A stretch of DNA of 64,000 bases, taken from the NCBI GenBank assembly GCA_973895155.1, contig OZ316891.1:27689561-27753560 (forward strand), in the 5' to 3' direction. How positions within the stretch are numbered: position 1 is the stretch's first letter; every line of letters starts with the position of its first letter. Origin of the DNA: Marsupella aquatica. Its lineage: Eukaryota; Plantae; Marchantiophyta. The translations under genes and the position numbers were made by a program. Shown here in pieces: positions 1 to 15,346 of this stretch. The notes beneath the pieces were generated by a model. It did not search any database and had not been told where the DNA came from. It worked only from the letters and a program-made list of their open reading frames with translations.

Positions 1-49
1 TCATTGTTGATACTGGGGAAAACCCCTAGCTTTTTGTTCTTGTCTGTTC

Positions 50-2441
50 ATAAGAATTTTGTGATTTTCCTAGCTGCTGGACTACTATAGCCTGTATATA
101 TCTCGAGTGTAAATGCGACCATACTTGTGTGCTGTGGAATTACACATTTTAGCCATGATTTGGACTCGAAGTTGACGGAACATATCAGAGCATCAAATTT
201 TGGCATATCCTGCTCTTGATCTCTTTTCAATGAAAATGTTGAGTTGGATTGTATCAGTGGAAACAGATTTGAATTCAGGATTATCTTCAAATGCGCGTGA
301 CAAGAATGATGTACTTCACGTCGTGGCAGAGATTGCACTTTGTGGCAGGCAATGACTTGCAGCTTGTTTGATACTTAAAGTCTCCATAGGATGGTAGCGT
401 CAATTTGGTTTTCTGCCGAACAACTCTATTTGGGGCATACTATGTGCAATGCTTAGGCTGACCATTGATCCTTCGCTTGTGTGATGAGCTAAGAACCCAA
501 TGCCAGAATCTTGATTACAATGGCAGACCCAGTCTCATTCAACCAAATTGGAGTGAGTGCGGACTTAGATTTTCACAATACATTCTAAAGTGGTTTGAAA
601 TTGACTTATTGATGCCCTATACCAGTCCTCAGTCCTTCATCCAAGAAAAGTGAAGTCATGGATCTTTTCCAGATGATGTAGGAATGCTATTTAGTAGAAG
701 GTAACATCAATATGAGCCAAAAATCTATACTACAATTTACAACTGAAGTTCACTCTTCATGACCTACTCATGAGAATGAAGCATTAGGTATTGATTTCTC
801 TAGTAACAATAATTTTGATATTTAGATTATCCTTGTGAATAGAGATGAGCATGGGGATTACAGCCAGAACGGGCCTTAGTATGCATAAGCAAGGGCATTT
901 GGACTAGTATCACCTTCCTTGACTGTAGTAGGCCATAGGGAGTGGACAAGTGACAATTTTGAGCTAATTAACTCAACTAGAAACTCCAAAATTATCATCA
1001 ATCAGCCATGTACCAATGCCCCCTTGAATTGTGAACATTTCCCATTTCTTGCTTGACACAACTTAACTAGAATTGAGTCTTTTGGGTTGATTTCTATGGG
1101 AGTCCTCGTAGATGGATTTGGGATAAGTTTGCTCCTACCAGTCAGAGATTTTCAAGGCCAATTATTTGCCATTGGGTGAAGTAGTTCCAAAGTGTAGAAG
1201 GGACTTCCTCAGTGGCATATTCATGCTCTCAATTATTGGACAAATTATGTGAAGCCAAGATTTTGTTGTCTTATATGACAATGGTAGACTAGCTCCCCAG
1301 TAACAACTATTCAGGTGTCTGACCCCACTTGTACCATGGGGCTTGTCCATAGTAACGAGGGTGGTATGTAGGGGAAAGAAACGAAATTTGGGGGCATTCT
1401 AACTCTTGGAAGTACCATGTCCCTAACCCAAGAAGCAGCACAACACTGAAAATTTGTCTCTGGTACCCAAAATAATTTATCGTGGCTATCCTTTCCCCAG
1501 GTCATCTCACTAGTATAAGCTCCACAAGTTTACCACCCAAATATGCTAACATGGATAGTGTACCCCACCTCTAGTACAACCACCATATCTTACCAAAATA
1601 CTTTACCTTAGCTATCCTATCTCTCACTAGTATAAGCTCCACAAGTTTACCACCCAAATATGCTAACATGGATATGATACCCCACCTCTAGTACAACTAC
1701 CATATCTTACCAAAATACTTTACCTTGGCTATCCTACCATACAACCATTGAATTCACACCCTTGAAGTGAGCTAAGAAGATGGTGATGGTGATTAGTTGT
1801 GAGTGGGAAGCACATGAGAAAGAAGGTGGTAGGTTGGAATGGAAGGTCGAAATGGAGTTAGAAGTTCCACTCGCAAGTCGCCGAAGTTGAAATTCCCGGA
1901 AACGAATGATAGGAAAAATCAGCGACACCAAATATTTTCTGGAGCCACATTCGCTCGACCAAATTGGCTGATATTTTTTGTGGAGGTAGAAGGGAAGTAG
2001 GCGCACCTTCTAGCAAATTATGAGCACCAACCAAGGTCTGGTTGGTGAAAGAAAAATCAGATGTCGGAGGGGGCCTGCATCTTCCAACTTTTCTACGCGA
2101 ATTCGATTCTATGATTTGAAGCACATGGACGAGGATTGAATGGAAGTAGGAGCTTGATTAGTAGCTAGTAAGAGAGGGGAACACTCAGCCCATGGTGAGG
2201 ATTGGATTGGAGTGGATTGGAGTGGCTGAAAAGTATTTAAGGATTGTAGTTTCTTGTGTGGAGGGACAAATGCCTGGTTGCTTAGTGGAAACTTCACCCA
2301 CATGGAGTGGAAACTAAGATCAACAAGCATATGACCCCAGAGTTGGATAGTTGTAGAGAAGTGAAGAGAAGTACCCTGGACAGAGGTTCCATTTGTACAA
2401 GGAAAATTTATGATGTTACACAAATTCTCTTTTTCTTGCAT
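50..2441 (-). pseudogene. Frameshifted, stop-riddled relic, probably a diverged paralog of the C-terminal half of the 808-aa ORF
   Basis: Hand translation of - strand fragments gives motifs colinear with the 808-aa ORF: RTP...SQFKGHWYM...FGVSS vs RTP...SEFWRFYYL...IGTSR; ILRPVLAV vs YFRPILAV; ETLSIKQ vs NNISTQQ; IQLNIFIEKR vs IRINQCFLEKR. An S/P-rich stretch lies upstream (2109-2441). Boundaries are approximate and the alignment is by eye. Confidence 0.4.
1468..1738. repeat. Two ~118-bp tandem copies containing parts of the 76-bp repeat unit
   Basis: ctcactagtataagctccacaagtttaccacccaaatatgctaacatgg occurs twice. Each copy ends in caaaatactttacctt(a/g)gctatccta, which is shared with the arrays at 7.8-10.1 kb. 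Confidence 0.85.
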
Positions 2442-3653
2442 CCTTCTTTGCTATGACTTCAATTCTGTAGTTGACATGAGAACTGAGCTTTAGAGAGATT
2501 GAGTACCTGGATGTTACCTTGTACCCAATCTGGTTGATTTTCTAGAGGTTTAGTGAGGAGAGAATATTGTGTTGTGATTTTCGGTTTTCCCTGGTTCGGG
2601 CAGTATACCTGGGCAGCGTATTGGCGATTCCTTATGGTGCTTTGGTGTCTCTAGCTGTGGAATTTTGGCAAAGCGATTACAGGTTTTCCCTGGTCGTTGT
2701 GTTTGGAGTACTTTAGTAAATCTGAAAGTGCAACCTTCTTGTAGTTTGCTATAGAGAACCAAAAGAACTCTTTTACGTCTCTAAACTCGGTATTCGTTCC
2801 CGTTAAGAACAAGATTGGGTTGGTTTGATGTAATAAACTAAAAATAAAGCTTTAAGCTGTTGTGTCACACATAGTAATCAATCTTGACTACTTTAATTAG
2901 GTACTTTGAAGATCGCTCCACAACGATGAGCAGTTTTTGATGATAACTCAACATCATATAACCATCAATTAAGCAAAAGGTTGCAATTAACAAAACACAA
3001 GGAAAAATCTCTTAGAGTATGCTTAAGGGAGTTTGGAATATACCAAGGTTACTCCTTAGACATAAGCAATAATGGAATGACTTTAAGGGAATTCAAATCC
3101 ACACGGCTTTTCAGATCTAAACTGCATACTAGAGTATCCTTTTAAAATGCCGGCAACATGTCTTGACCTTTCTTCCTAAGTGATACTTAGTCAAGATCTA
3201 AAAGGATAAATACTTCAGCATTTAGATGGTACTAAGCAACAGGAAGGTGAAAACATCATTTCCAATGCAACTTAAACTCAATGGGTTAACTCTAAGAACT
3301 TGTGAGATTACAATGTGTCACCAAAGCGGAATCTGACATTATAATTCACGAGATTCATAACTGAGGTTTTACTTCAAGTATTTGGGTTCCAAAATACAAG
3401 AAGGAGGTAAGTCCCTCCTAGGATTGCCTGCTCTGAACTTCAAAAAGTCCAAAATCACAAGGACAACACCAAGGGGCGACAAGTCATGTCTGACTTACTT
3501 ACTTCTGTTTATTAGTAGTGGAAGATACTTATAGTGAAAAACATCGAGGAAAAACCCTTGGGGGTTGAAGAGTCATGACCCTTCAAAACCCTCAAAAAGT
3601 CAAAAATGAAAACTAAGTATGAAAATGTCTAAAACTAACTAAGTTAAGTTTAC

Positions 3654-3732
3654 CGTAGTATCGTAAGATCGTAATTCGTAAAAGCGTAGGTTCGTAAGAT
3701 CATAAGATCGTAAGATCATAAAGTCGTAGTCG
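3654..3732. repeat. Degenerate tandem 8-mer array (TAAGATCG)n downstream of the 808-aa ORF
   Basis: atcgtaagatcgtaattcgtaaaagcgtaggttcgtaagatcataagatcgtaagatcataaagtcgtag, about 9 units. Confidence 0.85.
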
Positions 3733-3954
3733 CGGGAACTTAACGATAACCCTAAACTCAGCAAACTAAAGTATTTCTAACTTTCTAACTACAATCCAAA
3801 GTGATTGAGACTTTGCCAATGTGTTTTCCTATGTATAAGCTGTCTACTGAAAAAGACTTGATGAGTTTTGGAATCTTAAAACATGTCTAATAAAATCGAG
3901 CGGGGTACAGTAACTGAAACTGCCTCTGACACTTAACAAAATTGCAGGTCTGCT

Positions 3955-6381
3955 TCAATCTTTTGGTTGTCGAATATCCTCTGGTTCTCTAATTTCTACT
4001 TTCCAAATAGTGCGCGTCCGAATAGCTTCCCTTACTTCATCACAGTGAGGTTGATCCCGGATGTAAGGTAGACATCTCATCTGTCTTCCCCAATACATAA
4101 GTGGCATCCTTTTCTCCAAAAAGCACTGGTTGATTCTGATTTTTTCCCGTAAGATGCCTATGACATCTAAACAATTGCACGAGTTGGCGTAGACAGATGG
4201 GTAGAATTGTAAGAACATCTCTGTACTCAGCATCTTGTTGTAGGAGGATCGTAATTTCCACTGCACATCCCGGAAGTAGCGAGTGTAGTTTGTTAGCTGC
4301 TGCGTGCTGATGTTGTTCCATACTCGCTGCTTGTCTTCATAAGAAGTGGTTGAAGTAAGGATAACCTTGGGTCCAGTGGGAATATATGAGTGATCAGGGG
4401 TAGTAGACTTGTTGCTCTGTTTTAGAAAAATCAGTAAGAAATCTAAAGCATAAGCGGCTATATTTCCCAAATAGGCCAGGATTAAATCCGGGTCATCAAC
4501 TTCAACATCACCTTGTAGAAACATAACGGCCAGTATAGGTCGGAAGTAGACTGAATCTGTCCAGTACTCATCAAACTGAGCCAACTCCACGCGAGAGGTA
4601 CCAATCATCCTGAGATCAAAAATGTAGCTAGCCTCTGCTTTCTTCAAATAATAAAACCTCCAGAACTCACTTATAGGCGGTGTATTGGCATGCATAACCT
4701 TACAAGTGGTGACATACTTCTGGACTTGTTGCTCTGGTGTTCTAGGCTCCATTTTATAGATGATAGCGTTTCTAGGAGTCTGGGTAGAAGAAGTGACAAC
4801 TGCAACAAGGTTGGGGTTAGATCGCAAGGCTGCATTAACTCTTTCGAATCCCTGATCTGGTGAGTCACAGACTGGAATATCATAGGGAAAGAAGTATTCT
4901 GGTGTGGATGGAGGATCAGAATCTTCAGAAAAGGGAAATCCTTGCTGAGAGAAGGGCTGTGTAAAGTGCAAAGATTTATGAGGTAGACTATCAGTAGGCT
5001 CATAATTTGAATCAGGACTATAGGGAAACTGAGAGGATGGCAGTGGGGAGCGTGAAGGTTCAGGTCTATCAAGAAATTCATTGACTATGGAGGTGACTTC
5101 TTCTGAACGGCAGCCTAACATAGTAGTTAACTCATGGACAATCTTAAGGCAGGAGTGATGTTCTACAGATGAGCAGGGAGGAGGCTCTGAATTTGTAGGT
5201 GAGGTCTCCTTCAAGTCTGTAGGGGATGGAACTGAGATTTGAGCCACGGTCTTAACAGCAAAAAGTTCCTCTGTGGAGAGCTGAATTTCTGCTGGAGGTG
5301 AAGATGATGGCGAATTCTCATGATCCGGAGATGAAAGTGCAGAAGGAGGAACCTGTGTCACTGCGTCATGGCGCAATTGCTCAATGGTCTCGTACAGTGA
5401 ATGAAAGTCACAGTTGAGCAAAGCACACACCTTACTGATCAGGGTCTGATTGGAGTCGTCCTGTGCAAGTCGAATAGGAAACTTCCCAATTCCTGTGGAA
5501 AGGGGTGGTGAGGGGATCCCTGGGTAGTCTATCATCTCAGCATCTGTAGTAAGTGCTTCTAGGTCCATGGGTACCTCATCTGAAGGACTTGAATTGTGAA
5601 GACTTGCCCGGCTGCCTGGAGAAGCTGGCGATATGACGTTTGCCTCTTCTGCTGTAGTAGGCATAATTTCATCTTGTTCCCACAACTTGGAGATTTCTTC
5701 CATAAGATAATCTCTCTCCATCACCTCCTCAGGAAGTGAGCAATCAAAAGCGGAGTATAGCTGGGCTAGATAGTTTTGCAGTTGAGTTGATTGATTCGCC
5801 CTTAATGTCCGAAGTTGATCCCTCACAACATTGAAAAATACCAAAGCCCAATTGACCTTTACTCTACCACTGTGCGCAGCGATGATGGTATTGGCCAGAG
5901 AAATGGAGCAAACAGTTGGTTTCTTGGGATGAAAAATAGGAACCAAAAATTCCAAAAGAATTCTTAGCTCCAAATGATTGCATTCACTCACATTCCAGCC
6001 ATTTCTCTTATTCCGGGTACCTGAAAAGTATGGAGTTGATGTATCATCCTTGGGCGAAAGTAGCGCTTCTCCGTCAGCAGAACATCCAAAAGCATACGCG
6101 AAGTGATCTATGGTCCATTTGCTGGGCCGTCCTCGAATAGAAGTAGGCGAAGGTGAGGCGACAATTGATCCTCTGACAAAATCTTCCAGGTAGGTGTCCA
6201 ACTCTGAAGTCCATGGTAGTCGGAATAATTTCTCCAGTCCAAGCTCTCTCAAGGATTGGCGTAATGATTCATAGCTCTCTTCGGTCCTGGGGAGCCTGAT
6301 GACGAGCGCTTTTGGAATTGCCACAGAATCAATGAGGTATTCCTCATCACAATCGAATGTTGCCATAGCTCTCGGGTTCAC
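3955..6381 (-). CDS. Intronless ~808-aa protein, probably transposon-derived (retrotransposon accessory ORF-like N-terminal domain, S/P-rich linker, uncharacterised C-terminal domain)
   Basis: Uninterrupted 2.4-kb frame; the first ATG gives MATFDCDEEY. The N-terminal pattern LEDFVRG..IRG...WT.D.FA.AFG...G...FLVPIFHP.KP....ANTI.A..G..KVNWA..F....YL.QLY resembles, from recall, Athila/Tat-type extra ORFs (PMD-like 'plant transposon protein'). No RT, RNase H, integrase or DDE motif is visible. Confidence 0.75.
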   Translation of the reverse strand: MNPRAMATFDCDEEYLIDSVAIPKALVIRLPRTEESYESLRQSLRELGLEKLFRLPWTSELDTYLEDFVRGSIVASPSPTSIRGRPSKWTIDHFAYAFGCSADGEALLSPKDDTSTPYFSGTRNKRNGWNVSECNHLELRILLEFLVPIFHPKKPTVCSISLANTIIAAHSGRVKVNWALVFFNVVRDQLRTLRANQSTQLQNYLAQLYSAFDCSLPEEVMERDYLMEEISKLWEQDEIMPTTAEEANVISPASPGSRASLHNSSPSDEVPMDLEALTTDAEMIDYPGIPSPPLSTGIGKFPIRLAQDDSNQTLISKVCALLNCDFHSLYETIEQLRHDAVTQVPPSALSSPDHENSPSSSPPAEIQLSTEELFAVKTVAQISVPSPTDLKETSPTNSEPPPCSSVEHHSCLKIVHELTTMLGCRSEEVTSIVNEFLDRPEPSRSPLPSSQFPYSPDSNYEPTDSLPHKSLHFTQPFSQQGFPFSEDSDPPSTPEYFFPYDIPVCDSPDQGFERVNAALRSNPNLVAVVTSSTQTPRNAIIYKMEPRTPEQQVQKYVTTCKVMHANTPPISEFWRFYYLKKAEASYIFDLRMIGTSRVELAQFDEYWTDSVYFRPILAVMFLQGDVEVDDPDLILAYLGNIAAYALDFLLIFLKQSNKSTTPDHSYIPTGPKVILTSTTSYEDKQRVWNNISTQQLTNYTRYFRDVQWKLRSSYNKMLSTEMFLQFYPSVYANSCNCLDVIGILREKIRINQCFLEKRMPLMYWGRQMRCLPYIRDQPHCDEVREAIRTRTIWKVEIREPEDIRQPKD

Positions 6382-6558
6382 AAATCTTGAGGTGGATGCT
6401 GATCAGATGAAGCGGAGCGATGCTTGTAAGCGTCGGAAATAGTCATGCAGAGAGTGATTCGCTCTGGTCGTAAGATTTCACGCGATGCGGCTCATAGTGT
6501 ACTTTCCGCCTGTTAGTCTTGCAACGGCGTAATCTTCTAGTACCGCATAAGTTTGTAA

Positions 6559-6643
6559 ATCGTAAGGTAATAAGATCGTAAGATCGTAAGATCGTATCTT
6601 ACTAAAAGGCGTAAAAAATGTAAGTTTAAGTGAACTTAAACTT
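6559..6643. repeat. (TAAGATCG)n array plus a perfect 10-bp palindrome upstream of the 808-aa ORF
   Basis: taagatcgtaagatcgtaagatcgta at 6571-6596; AAGTTTAAGT-GA-ACTTAAACTT at 6622-6643. Confidence 0.85.
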
Positions 6644-7702
6644 TAGCGACCAGAAAATTTAAAAATTTGCACTTAATCTTAGCTTTTCAAGTTTACTGTA
6701 TATCCACACTTCTCACCATGTGTGTTTTGCTGTCCTGATTTGGCTGTTTTGTTGGCCAGAGTTAGTAGACACCCCCAGGAGTGACAATCTGAATCTTCAG
6801 AGCTGGGAGGTGATAAGAAGTATTGATCTGGTCAAGGGCTGCTGAAAATTGGGTGCTTGAGATTGGGTGGCAGTCAAGTACAATGGGCTCAGCCCCTAAT
6901 TTTGTTCTGCAAACCAATTGATGGTAGGAGCTGATGTGACCCCAGCAACAAGGTTTGTTCCAGTGAGCTTTTAGCAGGGTGATTTCTTACAGGTTTTTTT
7001 ATCAAAAGCTTGTGCTAGTTAAAAGCGCATTCATTTTTTTTCCAATCTTCACTCATCATCAGAAAAAATACCGGTCTTTGAACACATTTTCTTTTTGAGC
7101 TAGTAGGTTTATTGATAACCAAACTTTACTCAAGGACTGTCTTAGGTAAAGCTAAATGTGACAAGACCACTAAATTACATATTTGTGGAGGCCCTGGCCC
7201 AGGATATGTCTCCTAAAGTCATATCAATAGACTTATTAGTACATTCAAGCTTTATTTGATCAGTCCTTCTGAGCTTTTTGGTTTCCAAATGAAACATCAT
7301 TGGTCACAGGTAAGGAGGTTTACCCCATAGGTTTGATGCAAGAGAACATTTTCAATTTTTTGTAGATTGGCTAAGATGTGTTAGCAATGCAAGAGAAATT
7401 AAAAAAAATAAAAATCTATGGAGTATCAAAGTTGTGTCATCCATGCAAGCAAATAACTTTTTTTAATCCTCCGTGCTAAAGGTGTGTTATGCAACAAATT
7501 TGTTTTCTATCATTCTGAAATGGTACTATAAAGTTTGAGATGGATTTTTCTCATAAAATGGGCCCATAATTTTCCCCTCCTTTTCAACTCAAAAGGTCAG
7601 GCAGTGAGAGTTTATGGGTTTACACTCATTGCCCTTTCATTTGTTTAATATTCATTTTTTGATGAAATCACATTTTCATACTTTTCAACCCAAAAAGTAT
7701 AT

Positions 7703-9018
7703 TTTTGGGTATTTTTTAGTGTTTTCACTCCAAGTCAATTCACGCTTTAGCTCACCAGAAATATATTTAAAATAAGACGTCGTCTCTAGAATGACCTCCA
7801 TATTTTCTAACAACCAAAATATTTTACCGAGGCTATCTTATCCTTACATCCAGATAGGTCTCTAGCATAACATCCATATTTCTAACAACCAACATACTTT
7901 ACCGTGGCTATCTTATCCCCTTTTTGAAGCTGCTATTTTTACGGACCCCACTAGAGGTCCTTTCCAAAATTCCTGGCACCACAGCATGCCACATCAACAA
8001 CAACCGCAACAAACAAGACTCGTTTATTTTGTGAATCAAGCTTATAGTTTTCATTGGTGTTTGTGTCAATTTGAGTGTAAATTTTGGGACGCCGTGCCAT
8101 AAAAAGAAAAGTAAAAACATTGGAAATGCAAAGAGCATGACGGTTAAAACTGTCACTATGTAACCGTTTTAGTTACATTTCCAATTTTAAAACTTAATTC
8201 AAAGATTTATAAAAAATATTTTTTATATAATAAATAATGACTAATAACTAACTTGATAACTTCCTTGTTAAACCGCAACTCCCGGTATGTAAGGACCTCT
8301 CATATTATACGGCCATTAATGCTGGGAAGAGCACATAGAAACCCAAGATCGAGGAGGAGGAATGGCTGGAATCTTGAAAGTTCATCGAATTTTATACTCA
8401 AAACTATTATTCATTCTCAAAACAAAAAATACCCAGTCGTAGATCTCATTGAGATCTTTCTTTTGCACCCTAGATCGCCTTCTAACATGGATGAATAAGA
8501 CTTCTAGAGGCATTACAAAATGGACGGCAAAGATCATAAAATCAACAAAATCGACGGCTAAGAAGGCTTGGGTTTGTTTAATTTTTCATTTGAAAAATAT
8601 TAACCCATTTGCAAAACGGACAGAACCCATCCATAGATCTATTTGAATCTTTCTTTTGAGCCATAGATTGGCCATTATGATGGACGGACGAGATTTCCAG
8701 AGATAAGAAATGGATACGGCTCAGATCGACTCTTCCCCCTGATTTTATTAGCCAAGGGGTCCACGAACTAATTTTGGGTATTTTTTAGTGTTTTCACTCC
8801 AAGTCAATTCACTCTTTAGCTCACCAGCAATATATTTAAAATAAGACGTCGTCTCTAGAATGACCTCCATATTTTCTAACAACCAAAATATTTTACCGAG
8901 GCTATCTTATCCTTTTACCGAGGCTATCTTATCCTTACATCCAGATAGGTCTCTAGCATAACATCCATATTTCTAACAACCAACCAACATACTTTACCCC
9001 CCTTTTTGAAGTGGCTAT
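7703..9018. repeat. Pair of ~235-245-bp direct repeats (7703-7936, 8772-9018) enclosing an ~835-bp AT-rich insert
   Basis: Both copies begin ttttgggtattttttagtgttttcactccaagtcaattcac and end ...tttttgaag..gctat. The insert ends carry weak inverted motifs (ggacccc / ggggtcc). Confidence 0.85.
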
Positions 9019-9461
9019 ATGGTGAATGCAACTTTCAGTATTTTGTCTTTTTCAAACTTCTTTTGTTATGTACTTTTATTTCAATGTGTCTTACCAAGGT
9101 GCATCCTTTGTATAGTTTAGATTTCCAATTTATTCTGGCACCCCTCTAATTTTTTTAAATCTTTGCTATATTTTAAGATCATCCACCCTATAACAAAGCT
9201 AGTTGAATTTCTAGCCCTTATTCTCATGAGTATATAAGAAATGATCTAAATAATGTGCACACCTTATGTCTTTAAGTACTACTCATGGTTTTGTGTCCTA
9301 AATTTATAGTTTTAATTATTTTGAATATCATTACCTAAAGTAAGTATATAAATATCTCTACTCATGTACATTATATGTACATCCCAATACCATAAACTTA
9401 ACTTTTCCTGTTCATTATTATTTTTCTTTACATGTGTACCTTATATACATGATTGTAGGTT

Positions 9462-9709
9462 CTTCCAAGTCATTCCAAGTGAATGTACTGTTTATATTTT
9501 AATTAGAACATCTGTATATCATTATAAAACAAAAAATGAAGCATGTTCTAGGATGAGCATGCTATAATCTTCCAAGTTATGAAGCATGTTCTAAGATGAG
9601 CATGCTATAATCTTCCAAGTTAATGTCCTGTTTATATTTTAATTAGAACACCTGTATATCATTACAAAACAAAAAATGAAGCATGTTCTAGGATGAGCAT
9701 GCTATAATC
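9462..9709. repeat. Local tandem duplication
   Basis: tgtttatattttaattagaaca occurs twice and atgaagcatgttcta(g/a)gatgagcatgctataatc three times. Confidence 0.8.
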
Positions 9710-9719
9710 CCAAACACAG

Positions 9720-10120
9720 ATACGTCTGTAGATGGACTCCAGAGTTTCTAACTCAAAATACTTCACCGTGCCCATTGTATCCCCTCATACAGATAGGTCA
9801 CTAGCATGACCTTTATATGTTATGGACTCCAGAGTTTCTAACTCAAAATACTTCACCGTGCCCATTGTATCCCCTCATACAGATAGGTCACTAGCATGAC
9901 CTTTATATGTTCTAACAACCGAAATACTTTCACGTGACTATCCTATCCCCACATACAGATAGGTCTCTAGTATGAACTCCATATTTTCTAACAATCAAAA
10001 TACTTTACCGTGACTATCCTATCCCCAATTAGAGATGCGCCTCTTGCATGACCTCCATATTTTATAAAAAACAAAATCCTTAGTGACAATCCTATCCCCA
10101 GATACAGATTTTGAACTCCC
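9720..10120. repeat. Tandem array of the ~76-bp unit, including an exact 90-bp duplication
   Basis: Unit ctagcatgacctccatattttctaacaaccaaaatactttaccgtggctatcctatccccacatacagataggtct; unit starts at 9891, 9967 and 10043 (period 76). Confidence 0.85.
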
Positions 10121-11158
10121 ATTACTTCGTTCAGGCAACAATCTACCCAAAGAGCATTCTTTAGCACAAAAAAATGGGGGCATTGTTCTTGGTAGAAGCG
10201 CATCGTAGGAGGCGTTTAATCCTGACGGATGTCCTCGTTGAGAGAATCCAGACTGCCAACCGGCCAAAGCTCTCTTTTCGAGACTGAAGAGTCTGCTAAA
10301 TAGTAGGAGCATACATCAGTCCTTGGTAGAAAGGGGGGTAGATAGCAGAAGGTCCCCAAACCTTCTAAATTGGTAGTCCTTGAGAGCATCGTTTCGTGCT
10401 AATCGGCACTGCCAGAAGCCATTGGCCACACATCAAGATACAAAACTTTATTGGGAACGAGCACAGAAAACAGATTCAGGGGGCTCGTCAAGGCGAATGT
10501 CAAGTAAGCTCCTGCAAACAAGAAGTGCTACCAGCTTATCAGACGGCATCCTGTATCCCAGGTGGTAAGATTGTGTAGAATGCCATCAATGTTCGACTTT
10601 GGTGAAGGCTGCCCTGAGAGGTGGGATTCAACATTATTGTGATGGTTCCCGTGCTCCAAGTAGATCATGAATTTTGAGTTTCATCATCAGTGCGATGCTG
10701 CTCCAATGTCATATCGTGGGCTAGAGTAGGCCATTCAAGGCTTTGGAGGCAGGTTACACCAAGTGAAACGAAAAACTCAAACAAACCAATATAAAAAAAA
10801 CTCAGGGTGAAAGGTGCAAGATTCATTATATACAAATGATTAGATGAAGCATTCTTATGCATCTATACACCAGCAAGCAAGCCAGCTAGCTAAGTTGTGC
10901 TCGAAAGAGCATGTGTAAATTAATCATTCCCCAACCCTTTCTCCTACTACTGACCGCAGCTACCCTGGACAACTCTTGAAACACCCCAGAAGTTCCCTGG
11001 GGTGTCAGATTTTTCGGTGACATGAGGGAGGGGAGGACACCACAGGTGAATGACAGATTACTGCCGGCGCTGCTGATGTTGCAGGGAGTAAAAAGTGATC
11101 AGAAAACTAGACATGTGGTGATTGGTTTGCCCTCTGAATAACTTACCTAGGAGTACTG

Positions 11159-15346
<4,188 letters not shown>

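Noticed and set aside
1-7000. gag-pol of a complete LTR retrotransposon
   Set aside because: No protease, RT (YxDD), RNase H or integrase motifs and no LTR pair were found in the window, so the element class stays unassigned.
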